This document shows, piece by piece, positions 1 through 5,767 of a DNA stretch of 5,767 nucleotides. Positions within the stretch are counted from its first letter, which is position 1. Each line of letters opens with the position of its first letter. A model generated the notes under the pieces. That model did no database searches. It worked only from the letters and a program-made list of their open reading frames with translations, and was not told the DNA's origin. The stretch lies in the NCBI GenBank assembly GCA_048882505.1, contig JBHLRO010000060.1, positions 1-5,767 on the forward strand, read 5' to 3'. The position numbers were made by a program, and so were the translations under genes. Origin of the DNA: Candidatus Thorarchaeota archaeon (GTDB lineage Archaea > Asgardarchaeota > Heimdallarchaeia > Hodarchaeales > Hodarchaeaceae).

Positions 1-777
1 GCCGAGCGTTAGTAAGACAGGTAAAAGCCGTGCATTCGGATCGGATGGGTTTAGGATTTTGAAACGACACCATCCAGTGAATCCTACGAATCTGAGAGCC
101 TTTCCCATAGCAACCTCCCGTGTCCTCAACTTGTAAGCGCGGGGATGGACATTATCGGTGACGAATTGGATGAACTGGCTTGGATCAACGATCACGGTGA
201 AGATTTCTAAGGCGGTAGCAATGCGGATCAAATTTCCGAATATCAATCGAGGTTCAGGGAACAAAGCAATCTGGGATGATGACATACGATTAAACTGAGT
301 CGGAGTGAGAAACTGAATAGAAAAATGAGGAGCTAATGGAGACGGAATTAAAGTTTGTTCGGTGTACTGGTGTCGTTCGAAGCCAACACGTTCTAAAAGA
401 AATGATTGGTTTGCAAGGGTGATGGTGGTGTCTGTAAGAGAAAGGATACCTTGGATAATCGCCTGATTGACTTGCGGATTTACAGTATTGAGCCGAAATA
501 CAACGGGACGGCCTGGATCGAGGATGACCATCCCTTGAGACGTACGTGAGAGTGGACCTGAAGGATTAAAGAGTGTAGTGACGCTATAAGGTCTCACATC
601 ATTTTTTCGATGAAGAAGTGCAGATATCTCGGGATTGGCACTTTGGATAAGGTGCAATGTGGCCCCGCGTACTTGATGCCCGGTAAATGGAGGGAGGATG
701 GTATTAGGATTTAGAGCCCGGAGATGAAACGCAAAAGTATAGGCATTAAAATTGATTTGAGTGGTTATTCCAGTCAT
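1..777 (-). CDS. cas6: CRISPR-associated endoribonuclease Cas6 (RAMP; resembles the Thermus Cas6A/COG5551-like group), 3'-truncated by the window edge
   Basis: Not in the ORF track. Hand translation from ATG (775-777) gives 259 stop-free codons to base 1: MTGITTQINFNAYTFAFHLRALNPNTILPPFTGHQVRGATLHLIQSANPEISALLHRKNDVRPYSVTTL...HFSIQFLTPTQFNRMSSSQIALFPEPRLIFGNL...KLRTREVAMGKALRFVGFTGWCRFKILNPSDPNARLLPVLLTLG. The Cas6 motifs are in the expected order: LP-x-x-x-G-x-x-x-RG, LH..RPYS, F-x-TPT-x-F, PEPRLI, GF-x-G-x-x-x-F and the L-x-x-LG helix that normally precedes the Gly-rich loop. That loop would lie just outside the window. GAGGAGG SD at 782-788. Confidence 0.92.
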   Translation of the reverse strand, partial: MTGITTQINFNAYTFAFHLRALNPNTILPPFTGHQVRGATLHLIQSANPEISALLHRKNDVRPYSVTTLFNPSGPLSRTSQGMVILDPGRPVVFRLNTVNPQVNQAIIQGILSLTDTTITLANQSFLLERVGFERHQYTEQTLIPSPLAPHFSIQFLTPTQFNRMSSSQIALFPEPRLIFGNLIRIATALEIFTVIVDPSQFIQFVTDNVHPRAYKLRTREVAMGKALRFVGFTGWCRFKILNPSDPNARLLPVLLTLG

Positions 778-781
778 GTTG

Positions 782-788
782 CCTCCTC
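782..788 (-). promoter_or_regulatory. Shine-Dalgarno motif of cas6
   Basis: Minus strand reads GAAGAGGAGGCAACATG, i.e. GAGGAGG 4 nt before the ATG at 777. Confidence 0.75.
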
Positions 789-821
789 TTCAGTTTTAGA
801 GCAGGATAGGAGTCACGAGAT

Positions 822-840
822 TGTTTAAAGGATTTTGTTG
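822..840 (-). promoter_or_regulatory. Candidate archaeal TATA box (with weak BRE) for cas6
   Basis: Minus strand CAACAAAATCC-TTTAAA-CA, with TTTAAA at 824-829, about 47 nt upstream of the ATG. This leaves room for a short leader containing the SD. Motif match only. Confidence 0.35.
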
Positions 841-1097
841 TTGAATCATTAAGAGACTACTCGAAATCATATTGATTGTAGGTAATAATAAACATTGCGA
901 ATGAATGGATTTTTAGGCTGGAAAACCTTACCCATTTTACTGACTATCGAATGTCCTTCTTCAAACAGCCAGGCATCGTTTAATATGGCTCTTCTATCTT
1001 ATATCTGCCTACAATGCTGATTACCGAACTGGTTACCTTGAAATAGATCAAAGATCCATCCTTAAGAAGTTCTGGGATTCAAAATTGACCTACTGGG

Positions 1098-1120
1098 AAA
1101 AAAAAGGAAATAATATTATT
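1098..1120 (-). terminator. Candidate oligo-T terminator downstream of the membrane-protein gene
   Basis: The minus strand has a 12-nt perfect palindrome AATAATATTATT (1109-1120) followed by TCC and a T8 run (1098-1105), about 110 nt after the stop at 1218. Oligo-T tracts are established archaeal terminators. Confidence 0.3.
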
Positions 1121-1217
1121 ATATTAAAGAGCATTTACAGGAAATATCGTCAAATGAAACAATTAACTCATTTCGTGTAATAGAAACCATAATTAGAACG
1201 TCATCACCCAAGATGGC

Positions 1218-2780
1218 TTATAAGGAATATATAATTAGATTTAACTGATAATCGAGATCGTAGGGGTTCCATACCTCAGTTGTTGTAGTGAAGAGTTGTG
1301 TGACAGTGGACCCGTTCGGGGCTGTAATCACGTCTTCGACAAAGGAAATTACAGGGGTAATACTTCCAGACAGATTGGCAAACTCCCAAGATTCGTAGTT
1401 AGGGAGTACAAAACTGCTTGGATCTTCCTTATCACTCCAAAGCGATCCCCAGTCAACCATTATTTCTTGATAGGGAAGATAATTGTCTTCTAAGGAGGGA
1501 AACACGTCCGATACACGTTTGAAAGAGAGAGGTGAACCGAAATATCCATCCGTGTTGGTCTCAATCCATTGCGAACCTGGAAACGACATTGTGTCCGCCC
1601 ACCTTATGGAACGAGTCTGGTTAGCAAGGATGGCATGTTCAAACTTCTCCATACTACTATTTTCCGTTAATAAAGAGTCGGAGTTAAGAATTGGAGTTAA
1701 TCCGAGTTCGGAGAAAGGGGAGTAAAGATTATACTCCGCAGCCTGAAGGATCCCCCAATATGTGTCCTCCCACTGTGCACTATCGACTTGCCAATTCAGT
1801 CCCGTACTCGCATAATGGTTGAAGACACGGTTTTTGACTGCAGTTACCAATTCTGGGGAAAGTCCATCGATCAAGTCCAACATGTGCAAGGCTTCGATAG
1901 ATTTACGAATTGTCCCCCACCAATCGATGGTTCGGGTATTCTCAACCATAACCTCCTCACTCTTCGTGATCTCCGTCCCATTGACCGTTTCAGTGGTGTT
2001 AACCACCTCGGTGGTATAATGGTACTCATCTACCCGTTGTCTCATAATGAAAGCGTTGATGTGTTGCTTTTCTAACGGTGAGAGGAGACTGGATGCGTTT
2101 AGACGTTGCTGTGTTTCCAATGCATAGAAAGTGTCCTGCCAGTTGGGATCATTCGTACCTCCAGCGGTGAACCCGCCCGCCCCAAGAGTCTCTCGATAAA
2201 GTTCCTTTACTCGGGAGGCAATCAAATCTTCTAGAACAGGTTCATTCTTCTCTTTTCCCGCCGCAATCGGGATGGCGGAATTAAAAAATAATAGGAATGC
2301 CAAACCACCTAGGATTATGAGTTTATTACGAGGACGGGCTCGTACGCCCTCCAAAGAACGTCCAAGTGCCTCTTGACGAGATCCCTTACTTAGAAAATAT
2401 AGGATCAGAAAGAGAACCACTGGAACAACCAAGATCACGCCCCCAAATGGGACAATTACCGCTCCAAGGGACTCTAGGGACCATATGAAAAGTCCGAAAC
2501 AGGTTAAGTATACCGCATAAAGAGGTAGCTTTCGATGGAGGAGTTCCTTCCACGGGTCTGGAGGCGACCTCATTATTAAGAACACCAAGACTGGTGGTCC
2601 TAAAAGCATTAGACCTAGGAGGGATATTGAAGGATTTAAGAAAAAAAAGAATAGGCCCAATGTGATTACCAAGAGGGGATATTTTGTTGAATAAGGGGTT
2701 TTTAGCTCTTTTAAAGGCGCCTTATGACCCCTATTGCGAACAGATAAATTTTCATATTCTAAGGTGTGATCTATTGGCAT
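1218..2780 (-). CDS. Multi-pass membrane protein with a large, probably extracellular, prenyltransferase/squalene-cyclase-like alpha-helical repeat domain (function unknown)
   Basis: The track ORF 1218..2852 starts at a TTG just past a terminator. ATG 2780 (MPIDH) has GGAG at 2787-2790 at good spacing and is the more likely start. About 5 hydrophobic segments lie in the N-terminal ~150 aa. Then come repeat-like motifs GGFTAGGTNDPNWQDTFYALETQQRL, DWWGTIRKSIEALHML and SAQWEDTYWGILQA, which resemble the GGF..DTY/FYAL pattern of the PF00432 family. There are 7 N-x-S/T sequons after the last TM segment. Confidence 0.8.
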   Translation of the reverse strand: MPIDHTLEYENLSVRNRGHKAPLKELKTPYSTKYPLLVITLGLFFFFLNPSISLLGLMLLGPPVLVFLIMRSPPDPWKELLHRKLPLYAVYLTCFGLFIWSLESLGAVIVPFGGVILVVPVVLFLILYFLSKGSRQEALGRSLEGVRARPRNKLIILGGLAFLLFFNSAIPIAAGKEKNEPVLEDLIASRVKELYRETLGAGGFTAGGTNDPNWQDTFYALETQQRLNASSLLSPLEKQHINAFIMRQRVDEYHYTTEVVNTTETVNGTEITKSEEVMVENTRTIDWWGTIRKSIEALHMLDLIDGLSPELVTAVKNRVFNHYASTGLNWQVDSAQWEDTYWGILQAAEYNLYSPFSELGLTPILNSDSLLTENSSMEKFEHAILANQTRSIRWADTMSFPGSQWIETNTDGYFGSPLSFKRVSDVFPSLEDNYLPYQEIMVDWGSLWSDKEDPSSFVLPNYESWEFANLSGSITPVISFVEDVITAPNGSTVTQLFTTTTEVWNPYDLDYQLNLIIYSL

Positions 2781-2866
2781 TTCAATCTCCATCTGAACTT
2801 TGCATGACTGTTCCACGCGATTTCGAACAAGTCCGTTACGAAAGACATCCAAACTGTCTGAAAGTT

Positions 2867-2914
2867 AAAAAAACAATGGGAACGAATTTGTCTCCTTCGA
2901 GACAAAATTGTTCC
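2867..2914 (-). terminator. Hairpin plus T-tract, likely terminator of the LRR gene
   Basis: Perfect 8-bp stem TTTGTCTC (2887-2894) / GAGACAAA (2899-2906) with a 4-nt loop. It extends through two bulges to GGAAC (2879-2883) / GTTCC (2910-2914). On the minus strand it starts 14 nt after the LRR stop and is followed by CATTG and T7 (A run 2867-2873). Confidence 0.7.
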
Positions 2915-2927
2915 TTATACCCAAAAA

Positions 2928-3683
2928 TCAATTCGTTGAGGAAAAGGTCACGACATCCCTATTATTGGTTATTACCCTATGATAATGGTCGGGATCTCCG
3001 GTGTATTCTGTCACAGAGGGAATTAGGATTCTTAAGAACCGATTGAGAGGATGAGGGGGCGGATTCGGGACAATCACCGTTTTTAAGGTTACTGGCACAT
3101 CGTACCCAATATGACTATGTAGGTAGATGCGGGTCAGGTTGGGACAGGTGAATAGGGGACTAATGTCTAACTCAGCAACCTGATTCGCAAAAAGCGAAAA
3201 GCTTTTGAGCAAAGGATGGTGAGCGAATGGGGTCAGGTCTACAGTCTGCACCCGATTATAGTTAAACTCGAACTCCTCCAGGGCAGGCCACGATTGAACG
3301 ATGGAAAAATCGAATGTATCGATTCTGCTATTAGATAGATTAAATCCCTTCATGTGTTTGCACTCCCGTAAGACCGTCACATCAAATTCAGTCAAGGGGT
3401 TGTCCCCCCATATCCCGAAATTCTCAAGGTTTCGACAACTGCTCAATGCCTCAAGTTCCGACAACTGGGTAACCCCTGAGTGCATGAGGGATATGTAACG
3501 CACCTTATTATAGGGAGGATGCTTGAGACCCTTGAGTGAAATCAGTGGATAGGGCGTGTCTCCCCACACGAACTCACTTTCATCGGAGGGATCATACTGG
3601 CCAACTTGTAGTTCCAACCATGACCCGTCATCCGACAAACGAGCAATTTTGGTTAAGTCCACAGGAGTCTGCATGAGATCCAA
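2928..3683 (-). CDS. Leucine-rich repeat protein (251 aa)
   Basis: Five full 24-25 aa LxxLxLxxNxLxxxDLxxLxxxxx units plus a partial sixth (aa 61-189), e.g. LEEFEFNYNRVQTVDLTPFAHHPL / LKSFSLFANQVAELDISPLFTCPN. TTG start with GGAGGG SD at 3690-3695. No signal peptide or TM segment is visible. Confidence 0.9.
   Translation of the reverse strand: MDLMQTPVDLTKIARLSDDGSWLELQVGQYDPSDESEFVWGDTPYPLISLKGLKHPPYNKVRYISLMHSGVTQLSELEALSSCRNLENFGIWGDNPLTEFDVTVLRECKHMKGFNLSNSRIDTFDFSIVQSWPALEEFEFNYNRVQTVDLTPFAHHPLLKSFSLFANQVAELDISPLFTCPNLTRIYLHSHIGYDVPVTLKTVIVPNPPPHPLNRFLRILIPSVTEYTGDPDHYHRVITNNRDVVTFSSTN
3117..3503 (-). repeat. LRR array at protein level (5 full units of 25, 25, 24, 24 and 24 aa, plus a partial unit)
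   Basis: Units begin at V61, L86, M111, L135, L159 and L183 of the 251-aa protein. The repeats are degenerate at DNA level. Confidence 0.85.
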
Positions 3684-3791
3684 CCTAATCCCTCCAACAT
3701 CCTTATTTAAATGTTCCTATAGGTCTCAACTGATCAGATCTATGGTTCTGTTTCTAGTTTTTACGCGGATCAAAATAACCACTTTGAATTT

Positions 3792-3808
3792 GGTTATAAA
3801 TTTCCTGT
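3792..3808 (-). promoter_or_regulatory. Candidate BRE-TATA promoter for the LRR gene
   Basis: Minus strand ACAGGAAA-TTTATAA-CC, with TTTATAA at 3794-3800 directly preceded by a purine-rich BRE-like run. A second candidate, TTTAAATA, lies near 3704-3711, closer to the start. Motif match only. Confidence 0.45.
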
Positions 3809-3982
3809 AATTTCGCTATCCCGACTCTCCTCGGATGTGTAGGTTCACATTAAACCGCGATGGCTAATGAAATGAAAGACCCAGACCGTTTGGGGCATTT
3901 TCCGAAAAGAGCACGAGTATTTTATTTTCGTTTATAATCTCCTAAGCCTCTTAATCGCGTGAGCTTCCACGTTTTACCCGAA

Positions 3983-5767
3983 TCAAACAACAGCTGTGGC
4001 TTGGTCTAACGCCGCCTTACCACCATTTTCTTGCGCAATCTTGGACATAGCCGTAACTACCTGGGCGAACTTTTTGCCTTCCGCCGCAGACATCCATTCG
4101 ATGATGAATCGATTATCATCAATATTCTGCTTTTTCATCCAACGGCGAATCTTTTTCTCCCGTTTCAATGCCCAATCGTTACCAGAAATGTAGTGGCAGT
4201 CTTGTGGATGACAACCAGTCAACATAACTGATCCTGCGCCTTTTTCAAAGGATCTCTTGATGTAATCAATATCGACACGACCGGAACACATGGTTCGGAT
4301 AATTCGGGTATTGGTGGGGTATTGAATTCGAGAAGTACCTGAGAGATCGGCGCCTGCGTAAGAACACCAGTTGCAGGCGAAAATCATGACTTTTTCTTCG
4401 GCATTGTCACGCATAGCGATGTCAATCTGTCGGAAGATCATTGCATCCGTGAAATTCATCATGGTGATACAGTTTTTAGGACAGTCTGCTGCACATGTGC
4501 CGCAACCCTTGCAGAGGACGGGATTGACGCTTGCTTTGATTTTTCGTTTTTTATCTACAGTAATAGCCAAGTAGGGACATCGTGTGGCACAAAGCTCGCA
4601 TGCGGTGCATTCATCGGTATCTACAAAGGCATAAAGGGGTTCAACATTGAATTTGCCTTTGGTAATAAGTCGCGTGACTCGACCAGCCGCGGCGCTTGCT
4701 TGAGTTACGGTTTCTCGGATGTCTTTAGGAGCTTCAGCACCGCCTGCGATGAAGATTCCATCGCTAGGAGTATCCACGGGCTTCAGTTTTGGATGTGCCT
4801 CGATGTAAAAACCATCAGGATCTCGTGAAACCGGAAACGGAATTTCTGTTTTGTTTCCTTCAGCACCGATTGACAGAACAACCAGATCAAAATCCTCTGA
4901 TACCAGCGAACCTTGCATCACTGCTTCCACGGTAATCTGCAGATTATGGGTTTCTGGATTTTCTTGTATCTGCGCGGGGCGTCCTCGAATATAACGCACT
5001 CCTTCTTCCCGAGACCGTGTATAGAGCGCTTCAAAGCCTTTTCCAAAGGCTCTGATATCCATATAAAAGATTGTAACCTCTACATCGGGCCAATGTTCCT
5101 TGATAAGCAAACTATCCTTGATGCTCTCCATACAGCAGAAATTGGAGCAATATGGGTTATGACGAACGTCTCTTGAGCCTGTACAATTGATAAAGGCTAT
5201 CTTCTTGGGACGTTTAAGATCAGAGGGACGAAGTAGGTCTCCTTCCGTAGGTCCCGCGGCATTAATCAATCTCTCAAATTCCAAAGTCGTTATTACGTTT
5301 GGATAGCGGCCCCACCCATATTCAGGAATCTTCGATGCGTCAAATACGTCAAAGCCAGTGCTAATTATGATAGATCCAACTTTGTATGTGTAGGTCTTTT
5401 CGCTATCTTCGTAAATGATCGCTTCTTTATCGCATTCCTTGATACACTTTCCACACGCCAATGGAGAAAGACCCAGACAGTTCTCTTCATCAATGATATA
5501 ACTGGCAGGGACAGCTTGAGGATATGGGATATAAATTGCTTTCCGCCATCCAAGATTTCCAGAATATTCATCTATAACATTCACCGGACAAATATCCACA
5601 CACTCATCGCAAGCCGTACAAAGGTCTTCGTCTACATATCGGGGCTTTTTGGTAATTGTGACCTCAAAATTTCCAACGTATCCATCGATTCGGGTTACTT
5701 CCGCATTAGAAATTAGATTGATATTCTTATGGTTACCCACGTCAGCCATTTTTGGGCCAAGAATGCA
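3983..5767 (-). CDS. hdrA: Heterodisulfide reductase subunit A-like FAD/Fe-S protein fused to a C-terminal MvhD (hydrogenase delta, [2Fe-2S]) domain; 5'-truncated
   Basis: The frame stays open to the edge (5767: CILGPK-MADVGNH, the HdrA C-I-L-x-P-K-M motif), so ATG 5749 is internal. It contains an inserted ferredoxin (CTACDECVDICP...CLGLSPLACGKCIKEC), TLEFERL, the cluster motif CTGSRD..YCSNFCCMESIK, FYMDIRAFGKGFE, AHPKLKPVDT..GIFIAG..PKDI and a C-terminal ferredoxin (CTACELCATRCP, CKGCGTCAADCP). The MvhD motifs FACNWCSYAGAD, RTMCSGRVD and GCHPQDCHY follow. Confidence 0.95.
   Translation of the reverse strand, partial: CILGPKMADVGNHKNINLISNAEVTRIDGYVGNFEVTITKKPRYVDEDLCTACDECVDICPVNVIDEYSGNLGWRKAIYIPYPQAVPASYIIDEENCLGLSPLACGKCIKECDKEAIIYEDSEKTYTYKVGSIIISTGFDVFDASKIPEYGWGRYPNVITTLEFERLINAAGPTEGDLLRPSDLKRPKKIAFINCTGSRDVRHNPYCSNFCCMESIKDSLLIKEHWPDVEVTIFYMDIRAFGKGFEALYTRSREEGVRYIRGRPAQIQENPETHNLQITVEAVMQGSLVSEDFDLVVLSIGAEGNKTEIPFPVSRDPDGFYIEAHPKLKPVDTPSDGIFIAGGAEAPKDIRETVTQASAAAGRVTRLITKGKFNVEPLYAFVDTDECTACELCATRCPYLAITVDKKRKIKASVNPVLCKGCGTCAADCPKNCITMMNFTDAMIFRQIDIAMRDNAEEKVMIFACNWCSYAGADLSGTSRIQYPTNTRIIRTMCSGRVDIDYIKRSFEKGAGSVMLTGCHPQDCHYISGNDWALKREKKIRRWMKKQNIDDNRFIIEWMSAAEGKKFAQVVTAMSKIAQENGGKAALDQATAVV

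Noticed and set aside
793-802. GTTTTAGAGC, identical to the start of the type II-A (Cas9) repeat
   Set aside because: It is a single 10-mer, the continuation does not match, and it sits in the presumed cas6 5' leader. It is best explained as chance.
778-1217. CRISPR array or mini-array next to cas6
   Set aside because: I found no recurring 23-47 nt unit with regular spacing on either strand. Only very short repeats such as TTACC twice and AGATC twice are present.
2781-2852. N-terminal 24 codons of the 544-aa track ORF (TTG start)
   Set aside because: They begin just downstream of the terminator T-tract with no SD. ATG 2780 has GGAG at proper spacing.
3879-3896. Weak hairpin CCCAGACCGTTTGGG downstream of hdrA as a terminator
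   Set aside because: The stem contains a mismatch on the transcribed strand, and the following T-tract is interrupted. Support is insufficient.
1296-5716. Short track ORFs (65-120 aa) on the + strand and the 5365..5571 minus-strand ORF
   Set aside because: They overlap well-supported minus-strand genes or their intergenic signals, and show no recognisable motifs. They are treated as shadow ORFs.
3983-5767. Selenocysteine recoding in HdrA/MvhD (known in some methanogens and Lokiarchaeia)
   Set aside because: There is no in-frame TGA in the visible part. The C-I-L-G-P-K Cys is TGC, and the MvhD motifs (CNWC, GCHP) are Cys.

Overview
All supported genes in this 5.8 kb window lie on the minus strand, and it looks archaeal, possibly Asgard (inferred from the LRR style, the BRE/TATA-like motifs and the HdrA type). 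From right to left: (1) a HdrA-type flavoprotein with a C-terminal MvhD domain, whose 5' end is cut off by the window edge; (2) a 251-aa leucine-rich-repeat protein followed by a hairpin and T-tract terminator; (3) a ~520-aa protein with ~5 N-terminal transmembrane helices and a sequon-rich domain with prenyltransferase/squalene-cyclase-like helical repeats; (4) a ~440-bp AT-rich spacer (about 34% GC by hand count) with possible gene remnants; (5) a CRISPR endoribonuclease Cas6 gene at 777->1. The ORF track missed this gene because it runs off the left edge without a stop codon. It has a strong SD motif and a candidate promoter of its own. No CRISPR array or other cas gene is visible in the window.
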